A stretch of 64,000 bases of DNA from Hemiscyllium ocellatum. Lineage: Eukaryota. The position numbers and the translations under genes are program-made. Below the pieces are notes generated by a model, which worked only from the letters and a program-made list of their open reading frames with translations, made no database searches and was not told the DNA's origin. The DNA lies in assembly GCF_020745735.1 (NCBI RefSeq), contig NC_083446.1, positions 4,154,001-4,218,000 of the forward strand, read 5' to 3'. This document shows, one piece after another, positions 50,483 to 61,418 of this stretch (position 1 is the stretch's first letter; each line of letters starts with the position of its first letter).

Positions 50483-50828
50483 CAACAGCTCGCCCCGCAT
50501 GACTCCCGCTCCCTCCACAACAACAACAACATGAACATCCCAAGAGGAAAAAAAAATTGAAAATATCAACCATCCGAAGATTCCTCCATTCCGTCACATC
50601 ATAACTCCTGTTTCGTAAAAATTAAAAAATGTTTAAAAATCGTTGCGTGGAGAGTCACGTGCCCACGCCCTGGTCACACGACGCGGTATCCCATTGGCCT
50701 AACAGCGTGGAAGGGACGGTCGTGGCTCCTGATTGGTGAGTGGGGAGGCGATCGTCTGGCTGTTCCGATTGGACGAGGCCGACTATGGCCACGCGGAGCT
50801 GCCGTGCGTTCATTGGTCGGCGGGCCGA

Positions 50829-50847
50829 CCAATGGGAAGTGGCCACG
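50829..50847 (+). promoter_or_regulatory. ER stress response element (ERSE) upstream of SYVN1
   Basis: Exact CCAAT-N9-CCACG match (CCAAT gggaagtgg CCACG). Confidence 0.8.
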
Positions 50848-51124
50848 GAGTCGGCATCCTTGATCTATTCTGGGTGAGAGGGGATTTCTACACCAGCGTA
50901 CAAACAGGAACAAAAAAAAAGTCCTCCCCAAGTCGCTGACAGGAGGGATTGGGAATCGAATGAGAGGGTTGACCCGTGAGCGGTAAGCATCAGCATCATC
51001 GGGGGCGGTGAGAGGGTTCGGCTATTCGCGCGCGGCTGCTGGTGTTTGGGGGGGGGACAGTAAAAGCACGGGCACCGGTGCCGTGAGAACGGAAGTAGGG
51101 GACGGTAAAAGCGGGCGGACGACC

Positions 51125-51186
51125 GGAAGTGAGTTGTCTGAAGACATCTCGTCGCAATCGGAGCGGCGGCAGGGTGTCCGCTGTCG
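51125..51186 (+). other. SYVN1: Probable non-coding exon 1 of SYVN1
   Basis: Ends at a G|gtgagt donor (51187) just downstream of ETS sites. The start site is approximate. Confidence 0.6.
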
Positions 51187-52379
51187 GTGAGTGTCGGCCC
51201 TTTTGAGGGGGGAGGGGCACCCCGCGGTGTGAGGTGACCCTCCGCGGTGTGAGGTGACCCTCCGCCTCGCCCTCGGTTTCCTCTGCGCTACTGGTGGGCG
51301 GGGAGGCGCGGAGAGGTATCCAAAGCCAGTCTGGCCAATCCCTCGGAAGTGGCGTCTGTGGGTTCAAGGCTTGGCTGCCCCTGAGCAGGGGAGTGGGTTA
51401 GTGTCCACCCCCACCCCCACCCCCACCCCCACCCCCCTCTTTACCTGATTCCTTCGTCCCCTTCCTCTGTTGAAGATGTCTTCCCAGCTTTTCTGCTCTC
51501 TTTCCCTCCCTCAGCTACTTGATTTGGATGTCTTCCCAGTTCCTCTTCTAAATCCTTCCCATTCTGTTTTAAAAAAGTTCCCCCCCCCCCCCCCCCATTC
51601 CTCTAAAACTTCCAGCTGTTTAAATATCTCCCCTCTGACATTTGATGACTTGACATGCTCCGTGGTTTGCTTTGAGGAGAGGTTTTGGGGTAGTGATAAT
51701 GTGACTGCATTAGTAATCCAAAAGTAAGGCTTTGGGAACAAGGGGTTAAACTTTTCCATGGTATATGGTGACATTTTAAGTTCAATTTTTTTTTAAAATT
51801 GGTGTTTAGAGTTGGCCAAATATGACCATGCAATCACTATCATTGTTTTAAACACCATCTGGTTTGTTAGAGAAGGAAATCTGTTGTCCTGATTTGATCT
51901 GGTCTACATATAACTCCAGTCTGACAGCAATTTGGTTGACTGTTCCTGAATGAGTCCATGGCTGCTAACCTAGTCAGTGACATCTACATCCCACAAAACA
52001 AACTTTAAACTCTTCTCCTTACGACTCTTCAGCTGTTAAAAGTGTTTCCCTTCAGCTCAGTTAACTCCATCATGCCCTACCTCACAGTCTGACCTGCTGT
52101 GAATTTGCGTAGTGCTATGGATTCAAAATATTATGGAGTTTGTGATCATCTGTGTTTCTCTTTCTATTTGAGCAGCTGTGGGATCTCCAAAGTCTAGCCG
52201 AGGAGTGCCAGCAGATCACCAAGTGGTCCTCATTCGGAGCAACACACCTCCCCGTCGGAGGGGTGGCGAAGGACTGACTTAGTTTTTTTAAGAAAAGAAA
52301 ACATTTTGCCAGGGCCCAGTTCCGGGACTCAGGTTCCCGGTTAATTTCCAGCAAGCTGTTTCCCGCAGGGAGGGACGCG

Positions 52380-52511
52380 ATGGTCCGATCGACGTTGGCC
52401 ACCGCAGCCAGCCTGGTGCTCACCACAACTGTGGTCACCCACGCCTATTACCTGAAGCGGCAGTTTTACCCTACTGTGGTGTATCTGACTAAATCCAGCC
52501 CAAGTATGGCG
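52380..52511 (+). CDS. SYVN1: E3 ubiquitin ligase synoviolin/HRD1, first coding exon (MVRSTLATAAS...KSSPSMA)
   Basis: HAYYLK.QFYPTVVYLTKSSPSMA matches HRD1. Acceptor cccgcag at 52368 and donor gtaagt; 132 bp. Confidence 0.97.
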
Positions 52512-54711
52512 GTAAGTTTGGAGACGGTGTGGCTGGGGCAAACTGTTAGTCCCTCCATCTTTTGAGTAAATTTTGGATTGCTGCACAGATGGAAAACAAT
52601 TAGACCAGTTGATAAAGATTAAGAAACAGCCAAGACTTGTTTTAACAAGATGCCTTTACACCCAGTGGTGTAACAAAATTCTGGAACTCCCAGAGAGTGT
52701 GGCAATTGTCCCTAAAATGCACGAATTGAAGCAGCTAATCACCGACTTTTTCAGGGCAAAATAGGAATGATGGATAAATGCTAGGCTGAACTAGCATCAA
52801 TTATATCCCTTAAAAACTTTTAAGAGTGGCTGATGTTGTCAGAAATGTGGCAGGTTGGGCACTGCCCCCAAAAAGCAGCAGAATAGTGACCAGTGATTTG
52901 GGTCGAAAGATGAATGTGCTCACCTGTTTTTTCTTCAAAATAATGGGCATTAAGGACCGGTGGATTCTCCATTCAATGTTTGAACTGAAGGGTAGCACCT
53001 TCCAACAATGCAATGTTTCCCTTTGTGCTGGCCAGTAGGAGTGTTGGCACGATCTTACTGCTCAAGTCGCAGGAGGGTGCATGATTGAACTTTGGTGTGA
53101 ACGTGCGACTGCAGCACTGTTGGGGGAAGAGTGGGATTGGCTGGGAATTGGGTGAGGTTCCACCTTTCTGGAGTCCTAGGTAAGATCCATTTGCAGGAGC
53201 TCACTCAGAAGTCCCAGGCGGAGTAAATTAATAACCTGGAAGAAGTTAAAATGTTTAATGTTACCAATGTTGAACTGCTTTTTGCTACACTAATCGGTGA
53301 CGTTGATGTGCCTTTCTATGCTGTTTCTGTAGCTGTCTGTATGATTTATTAATGTTTAACTTCAAGAGCTTGCATGACTAATTTTAGTGAGATCGGTGTG
53401 GGTCTCTTGGTTTCTGAGGCTTGGAAAATGGAGCAAAGCAGTTTTTGTCAAGGGTAAGCTAACTTGGTAGGCCTATCGATCTTGAATTTTCAGGACAGAA
53501 ATATCACTCCTGGGGGAACACGATCTGTTGCTCCTAGCCGACAATTCCTAATTTTTTTGAGTTTCCGACCTTGGTCTGGCTTTCTGGCCTTGTTTTGGGT
53601 TTGTGATGCTTTTGTGGGGTGGTTGTTTGTTTGGGCAAGTGTTTTGGTGTGCCGCACAGCCACCTGGTTCCAGTAGCCTGTACTGTATGGAAGGATAGAA
53701 ATTGGTGAAACCCCATAGGAGAGAAAGCAGAATTGACACACTTTCACTGCTGAGTTCCACCAGCAATTTCTTTTTTTGTTGTGTTTCAGATCTCTAGTTC
53801 TTTGTATTTTGCCAGATGGAAGGAGCCCAAGTACTCATTTTGAGATACATGTGGGCCTTAAGTTGACTGGTTGTTTTGAGGTAATTTGCTACTCAGTGTA
53901 TTTTAGTGCTGGAATGTTAGTCACTTGGAGATTCACCCATGTCACACAAACTGCCACTGCCCCAAAAGGCACTAGTTTGCAAAGCTCCTTCATTGTTCTG
54001 TGGTACCTTTGCCAAGCGACCGCAAGATTTGTCGATCTCGACAGGCTAGTCAGTCATGGTTATCTTTGAGCGGGGGGTGGGGCTAGGTCCCATTGTTGGT
54101 TTGCTTTTTACCAGAGGACAGTTGTTTAATGACTTGGGATGGCATGGGGCAGATTACACACCTGGGAATAGGCCGGCCAGAGATATAGAATACGTGGCAT
54201 TGACACCAGTCCCTCAGCCCAACCAGTCTGCCTTAGCATTTACACTTCGTGGTCAAATCATGTCACACACCGGCTGGCAACGTGGGAGTTCTGACCCGAA
54301 TTGTTGCATGGCCGATCAGACTTGAGAGTGCATCTGTTCCGACTAGTTCCAGTTGCTCTTTCCTCTTGCTGCCACTACGAGCAGAGGCTGAACTTGCGGC
54401 AAACCTCAGCTGATCTTCAGGCCCCAAGAGCACAGCGTTACGTATTGCTGAGAGTCTCGGTCCTGAATGGGAACCTCAAGAACACTCAGATACTTCAAAT
54501 GAGAGGGTGTTGAATTTTTATTCCAGCTGATCTTGTAAAATGGCTGGTTTCTGTTCAGATTGAGACTAATCCGAGTGGCACTTTGCAGTGGATCGCAGGT
54601 TTGTGCAGCCTCCTGTGCCCTCGTCAGTTTCCTTGCTATCATTCTGGAGCTGTACCCAACACAAGACAATATCTTGGACTGCTTAGAAAGCATCTTCTAA
54701 ACTCTGATAGT

Positions 54712-55011
54712 GGGTGGCACAGTGCTGCCTCACAGCGCCAGAGACCCGGGTTCAATTCCCACCTCGGGTGACTGACTGTGTGGAGTTTGCACATTCTCCC
54801 CGTGTCTGCGTGGGTTTCCTCCGGGTGCTCCGGTTTCCTCCCACAGTCCAAAGATGTGCAGGCCAGGTGAATTGGCCATGCTAAATTGCCCGTAGTGTTA
54901 GGTAAGGGGGTAAATGTAGGGGTATGGGTGGGTTGCGCTTCGGCGGGTCGGTGTGGACTTGTTGGGCCGAAGGGCCTGTTTCCACACTGTAAGTAATCTA
55001 ATCTAATCTAA
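54712..55011 (+). mobile_element. HE1-type V-SINE, young copy with small 5' deletions
   Basis: V-domain and (TAATC)n tail. Confidence 0.9.
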
Positions 55012-56884
55012 ACAACATGAAGGAAACTGACATCAGATTCACGGGAATGGCACTTCCAGCCATTCTTCTCCTAAAACTACAGCATTGTTTGTTTGCTGTC
55101 ACTGGGTCCCAGTTCTGGAATACATGCCCTAATTGTATTGTGGGTGTCTCCACACCTCCTATGGAACTGCAGTGGTTCAGGAAGGCAGCTCGCCACCTTT
55201 TTGGTTTTTTTTCCTGGGGCAATTAGGGATTGGTGATAAATGCTGACTCAACCAGAGCTGTCCACATCCTGTGAAAGAATGGTTAGTTGGAGGTGGTGAT
55301 TACCTGGCATGTGGCACAAATGTACTTAAATTTATCAACCCAAGCCTGAAAGCTGTGCAGGTTAAAGATGTGACTTTCAGTAAATTTTCTGTTTCTGTCA
55401 CTGTGTTAATTTATAGCAACATGGCCACCCTTTTGCATAAATGCCCAGTGGTCTGTTTTGGCTGAAGGAGACATTTTGATGATGACTTGCTGCGGCAACT
55501 TTATCATCTCTGGGAGGGCAGAGGAAGGCCACTGAGGAGAAAAACCGTCCGAATATTGTCCTATTGCGTTGGGAGTCCTGGCCTGGCTTGTTTGCAACTC
55601 GAAGCGAGTTCCCATTTCAAAAACAGGACTTGCTGGAAAGGCTCAGCAGGTCTGGCAGCATCTGTGGGAGGGAAATCAGTGTTAAGGTTTCGGGTCGAGT
55701 GACCCTTCCTCAGCAGCTGTTCCAGTTTCTCTTCTGCTGTTTCTGCCTCTGTGAATGAGCACTGCCGGTTTACGTGAGAGAAAAACTGTTGAACATCACG
55801 TCCACCCGGGGGGGGATTGATGAGAAGCTTTGTAAGCTCCCTAGTTCCATCTTTCGGAAACCATATTCTCCAAACAGCTGGAATTAACTAATGGTGCAGT
55901 GCATCAACTAAGGCTGCAATTAGACATTTGGATTCCCTTCTGATTTGCTCCCCCTGGTATCGCTGCATTTATGTTCCCTCATCAAATGTCCCAGAAGCCA
56001 GTTTAATCTTCACTTATGCTCTGTGCATTTCATTTAGATTCACAAAATCTCTACAATGTGGGAGCAGGCCATTTGGCCCATTGAGTCCATACCGACCCTC
56101 CAAAGAGCATCCCACCCCCTTGTCCTTTCATCCTGCATTTCCCAATCCACCTAATCTTGGCACTGCAGGAGGAAACTGCAGCACCGAGAGGAAACCCGCA
56201 CAGAAATGAGGGAGATGTGCAAACTCCATACGGTGCCACCCGAGGGTGGAATTGAACCCAGGTCCCTGAGGCTGTGAGGCAGACGCAGGCTAAAAGTAGA
56301 AAGCTTATTCCCGACAGGTCGATGACTGTGGGTGCTGGAATCGGGTGAGTAGGAAAGGCAAGCAACGTTATCCCTGTCCTTTTTTCTGTGCCCAGGAAGG
56401 AAGCACCCAAACCATTTCCGGAGTTAAATCCAGGAATTTCTCTTCAATCAAGTAGTGGCTAACGGGAATTGGGGACTGAAATGCTGGGTTCCTCACACAA
56501 CCATCATTGTGACACTGACTATTTGGGTGAAATTGTGGTGGTATCTGAATTTGTTAGGTGCTACAAAGTGAAGAGGAGCCATGGGTGCTGGGCTTTTGAA
56601 GTTCAGATGATATTAGGGGACTGGCAGGAATTTTAAGAATTTGCAAATTAGCGAGTTAACCAGGAAGGAGCTGTGAAACTTGCTGTGGTACAACTGTTGC
56701 TTTCTCCCTTGGAGTGGGGATTGTTCTGAAAACAGAGGGGTCTGACTTCCATAACATTGGAGCTCTTCTGCTAAACAATTGTCTAATGTTGAGATGTGCA
56801 AGTTTTTAAAAAAAACCTCTCCCAGGAGCTGGTGTGCAAATATAGCACGTGTGGTCTGTTGCACTCACTGTCTTTTCATACGTT

Positions 56885-57690
56885 AGAACATAGAAAATTA
56901 CAGCGCAGTACAGGCCCTTTGGCCCTCAATGCTGCGCCGATCCTAGCCCACTTTCCTCCATATGCCTATCCAATGCCTGTTTAAATGCCCATAAAGAGGG
57001 AGAGTCCACCACTGTTACTGGCAGGGCATTCCATGAACTCACGACTCGCTGAGTAAAGAATCTACCCCTAACATCTGTCCTATACCTACCACCCCTTAAT
57101 TTAAAGCTATGCCCCCTCGTAATATCTGACTCCATACGTGGAAAAAGGTTCTCATGGTCAACCCTATCTAAACCCCTAATCATCTTGTACACCTCTATCA
57201 AGTCACCCCTAAACCTTCTTTTCTCCAATGAAAACGGGCGGCACGGTGGCACAGTGGTTAGCACTGCTGCCTCACAGCGCCTGAGACCCGGGTTCAATTC
57301 CCGCCTCAGGCGACAGACTGTGTGGAGTTTGCACGTTCTCCCCGTGTCTGCGTGGGTTTCCTCCCACAGTCCAAAGATGTGCGGGTCAGGTGAACTGGCC
57401 ATGCTAAATTGCCCGTAGTGTTAGGTAAGGGGTAAATGTAGGGGTCTGGGTGGGTTGCGCTTCGGCGGGTCGGTGTGGACTTGTTGGGCCGAAGGGCCTG
57501 TTTCCACACTATAAGTCTAGTCTAGTCTAAAAAAAACAGCCCCAAGTGCCTCAGCCTTTCCTCATACGATCTTCCTACCATACCAGGCAACATCCTGGTA
57601 AACCTCCTCTGCACCTGTTCCAGTGCCTCCACATCCTTCCTATAGTATGGCGACCAAAACTGCACACAATACTCCAGATGCAGCCGCACT
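56885..57690 (-). mobile_element. Young CR1 3' fragment split by an HE1 SINE
   Basis: HLEYCVQFWSPYYRKDVEALEQVQRRFTRMLPG...LGLF continues as SLEKRRFRGDLIEVYKMIRGLD across the SINE. Confidence 0.9.
57236..57529 (+). mobile_element. HE1-type V-SINE nested in CR1
   Basis: Full head-to-tail copy with AAAAC repeated at both junctions. Confidence 0.92.
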
Positions 57691-58215
57691 TTAGGATAAT
57701 CAATTCCACAATATCTTGAGACGGGGGGTGGGGGAGATTCATCTTGCAACCCTTTTGGAAGAGTTAACACTGTCACCCTCATCAAATATATCATCACTGA
57801 TTGCTTGCGAAGCTGCCCAAAGGAAGATAAATCATCCACATGCTGTTAGTGCTTTTCTTTTTGGCAATTGTTCCCGCAAATACCTGGTTTCAGGGTTGGC
57901 TCAGGGCATGGGGTGAAAGGCGCACACACACCACTCACTAGTCTATCCACTTGTATGAGCCTCCACTTATTGTCTCATTTGGTACATGATGGCTCTTTTG
58001 TAGCAGCGCTCCCCATGCTGCTGAGCTAGGGTTGCTGGCCTGAGTTGCAAACTTCCCACCCCAGGTGAAACAAGCTGAACAACATGCCGAGTGGTCTGAC
58101 TTTTGGTCACTTAGCTGCCGGGGCGTCCCCCGTCATTCAGTTGCAGGTTGGTTTTGCCAGCAGTTTTACCCAAACGTGTCTCACATGCTGGTTATTCTCT
58201 TTTTTTCCTGACCAG

Positions 58216-58308
58216 GTGCTGTACATTCAGGCGTTTGTTTTGGTCTTCCTCATCGGCAAGTTCATGCGGAAGGTGTTCTTTGGGCAGCTGCGTGCTGCGG
58301 AGATGGAG
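58216..58308 (+). CDS. SYVN1: SYVN1 coding exon 2 (VLYIQAFVLVFLIGKFMRKVFFGQLRAAEME)
   Basis: HRD1 sequence; accag acceptor and gtgagc donor; 93 bp, phase 0-0. Confidence 0.97.
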
Positions 58309-58446
58309 GTGAGCATGTCACGGCTATAGGCATCTCTGGCCCTGGTGGGCTATTGCGACCTAACTGCCGAGAGCCAGATAGAAAGTTGTGCATTTGGTGA
58401 CTGGGCATGTCATTTCCTCGGTTATCATTGGCACAATGCTGTGATC

Positions 58447-58727
58447 AGATTAGATTACTTAGTGTGGAAACAGGCCCTTCGGCCCAACAAGTCCACACCG
58501 ACCCGCCGAAGCGAAACCCACCCATACCCCTACATTTGCCCCTTACCTAACACTACGGGCAATTTAGCATGGCCAATTCACCTGACCCGCACATCTTTGG
58601 ACTGTAGGAGGAAACCCACGCAGACACGGGGAGAATGTGCAAACTCCACACAGTCAGTAGACTGAGGTGGGAATTGAACCCATGTCTCTGGCGCTGTGAG
58701 ACAGCAGTGCTAACCACCGTGCCGCCC
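58447..58727 (-). mobile_element. HE1-type V-SINE, young copy
   Basis: Reverse complement of the young HE1 consensus. Confidence 0.92.
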
Positions 58728-59449
58728 ACCTATGCTGTGGCAGTGCATTCAGTAACAGAGAATTGGATTTAGACTTGAAGGAACCTCCAGACGAAGTGGT
58801 GAATGTGGGTACAACTGCAATGTTTAAAAGGCGCTTGGATAAGGACATTTAAGAAATGTTTGGAGGGAGGTGGACCTAGGGCAGGCAGGTGGGACTAGTT
58901 TTCTTTGGCATTATGGTTGACATGGACTTGTTTCCTTGTTGTATGGCTCTATAATTTTTAGTAAAGGAATTAAGGGCTACGGGGAGAGTGGTGTTGAAAT
59001 GCCCATCAGCCATGATTGACTGGCGGAGTAGACTTGATGGGCCGAATGGCCTTCCTTCCACTCCTATGTCTTGTAATTTTTGCCAGACTCTGAGGAAAGG
59101 ATGGGACAGAGAGGTTGAGCTAATATGGGTACCTAGTTCAAAGTGTTGATGCATTAGCCACAAATCAAGGAAGATTAACAGAACAGCTAGACTGGGTTAG
59201 GAGTACCGAAGGAAGGAAGGAAGCTATTGGCTAAGTCTTTGGAGAGCAGTGATCTCGTCCCAGCTGGAGTGTTGAGGTGGGTTTTTGTGAAAGGATGCAC
59301 AGGGAATATACCATGATGTCTCCAGGGTTGAAGGATTCCAGTCACGTGATGCCTCTAGGCTTGTTCTCTTGATTGAAAGCCAAGTGCTGAGAATGTTGGT
59401 GAAACTCGGCAGGTCTGAAGTCTCCACGGATGCTGCTAGACCAGTTTCT

Positions 59450-60196
59450 CCATTCCACACCACCTCCCTCACCTCTATCCAAGGCCCTAAAGGAGCCTTC
59501 CACATCCATCAAAGTTTTACCTGCACATCCACCAATAATATTTATTGTATCCGTTGCTCCCGATGCGGTCTCCTCTACATTGGGGAGACTGGGTCCCTCC
59601 TAGCAGAGCGTTTTAGGGAACATCTCCGGGATACCCGCACTAATCAACCACACCGCCCCGTGGCCCAACATTTCAACTCCCCCTTCCACTCTGCCGAGGA
59701 TATGGAGGTCCTGGGCCTCCTTCACCCTGATTCCTCACCACCAGACGCCTGGAGGAAGAACGCCTCATCTTCCGCCTCGGAACACTTCAACCCCAGGGCA
59801 TCAATGTGGACTTCAACAGTTTCCTCATTTCCCCTTCCCCCACCTCACCCTAGTTCCAAACTTCCAGCTCAGCACTGTCCCCATGACTTGTCCTACCTGC
59901 CTATCTCCTTTTCCACCTATCCCCTTACCCTCTTTCCCCCCCAACCACCCCCTGACCTATCACCTTCATCCCCTCCCCCACTCACCTATTGTACTCTATG
60001 CTACTTTCTCCCCACCCCCACCCTCCTCTCACTTATCTCTCCACGCTTCAGGCTCTCTGCCTGTATTCCTGATGAAGGGCTTTTGCCCGAAACGTCGATT
60101 TTACTGCTCCTCGGTTGCTGCCTGAACCTGCTGTGCTCTTCCGGCACCACTCATCCAGACTCTGGTTTCCAGCATCAGCAGTCATTGTTTTTACCT
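59450..60196 (+). mobile_element. Neptune-type Penelope-like element 3' end (Cys-rich linker, GIY-YIG, pLTR with hammerhead at 60065-60100)
   Basis: FTCTSTNNIYCIRCSRCGLLYIGETGSLLAERFREH...PVAQHFN, followed by CTGATGA-A-GGGC-TTTT-GCCC-GAAACGTC. This links the mini-hairpins to an autonomous-type element. Confidence 0.9.
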
Positions 60197-60955
60197 TTCT
60201 CCGTTCCATGTTTATTTCTGGCCTGTTTCTCCTTGGAAGAGAGCCAGTGAAGGGAGTACTCCGAAGTAGGGTTTCAAAAGAGTCAATGATGAGAATCTGT
60301 TCCGAATTGCTCATGTGCGTGTGTGCGCCAGGATGGAGCATTTTAGGAAAGGTTTTTGTGACATAGAAAGAGACCCTTCAGCCCATCATGTCCTTGTTGG
60401 TCATCAAGCACCCACCTACTCTAATCCCATTTCCCAGCACCTGGCGCACGGACGAATATCTAGTAGACAGGCATTTCAAGTGTTTGTAGTTCTGAAATGT
60501 CTCTAGGGTTCCTGCCTCTGCTTCCCTTTTCAGGGAGTGGGACCTTGCCGTGCACATCCTTGGCATCTGCGTTTTCCCACATGACCAGAGTGACTTCATG
60601 GGGGCTGCGCACAACACACTGGGGAGTTTCTGAAGGTAGAGGGGGTTTCTTTTGTAGGAGTGAGAAGTGTTGTATCAAGGCCAGGCTACCCCAATCTAAG
60701 GGGGCTGAATGGCCTCCAGGTGTGGTTGAGGCAAATGAGGGTGAATAGACCCACAAAGGCTACGTTTCCCATCAGTATTTGGGGCAATGTGTGAGGGGGA
60801 TTCTTTGAAACTGAAGTGGTGATGAGGGTTTGCGCTGTCTGATATAGTGCAGATGGACTTAGTAGTTTTCAAAAAGGAATCCGAAATGATGGGAAAGAAT
60901 ATTGTGTGGGAGTGACTGGATTAGTGTTCCAGCTTTGTGTGAATGAAGGGAAAGT

Positions 60956-61418
60956 TGTTGTGGTTCTGTTCGCCAAGCTGGGAATTTGTGTTGCAAACGT
61001 TTCGTCCCCTGTCTAGGTGACATCCTCAGTGCTTGGGAGCCTCCTGTGAAGCGCTTCTGTGATGTTTGCTCCGGCATTTATAGTGGTTTGTCTCTGCCGC
61101 TTCCAGTTGTCAGTTCCAGCTGTCCGCTGCAGTGGCCGGTATATTCGGTCCTCATCCACAGATTCTATCAACAAACACATCGACCTGGACCCAATATACC
61201 GACCACTGCAGCGGACAGCTGGAACTGACAACCGGAAGCGGCAGAGACAAACCACTATAAATGCCGGAGCAAACATCACAGAAGCGCTTCACAGGAGGCT
61301 CCCAAGCACTGAGGATGTCACCTAGACAGGGGACGAGACGTCTGCAACACAAATTCCCAGCTCAGCGAACAGAACCTCAACAACAAGCACCCAAGCTACA
61401 AATCTTCTCGCAAACTTT
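60956..61418 (+). mobile_element. Palindromic Poseidon-type pLTR insertion with hammerhead cores on both strands
   Basis: ~190 bp inverted arms; GCA-CTGAGGA-T-GTC...GAC-GAAACGTT-TGC on the minus strand (~60993-61032) and a GAGAC variant on the plus strand; TSD GAATGAAGGGAAAGT. Confidence 0.88.

Larger units (their letters stand above)
50135..51360. promoter_or_regulatory. CpG-island bidirectional promoter region of SPDYC and SYVN1
   Basis: High CpG density with multiple CCAAT/ATTGG boxes, GC boxes, CACGTG E-boxes and an ETS site ACCGGAAGT (51122-51130), between two divergent genes. Confidence 0.85.

Noticed and set aside
51222-51265. 20-bp tandem duplication (ccgcggtgtgaggtgaccct) in SYVN1 intron 1
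   Set aside because: A simple slippage duplication with no recognisable motif.
59369-60250. 293-aa ORF as a host gene
   Set aside because: It is a Neptune GIY-YIG fragment that frameshifts into pLTR sequence inside a SYVN1 intron.
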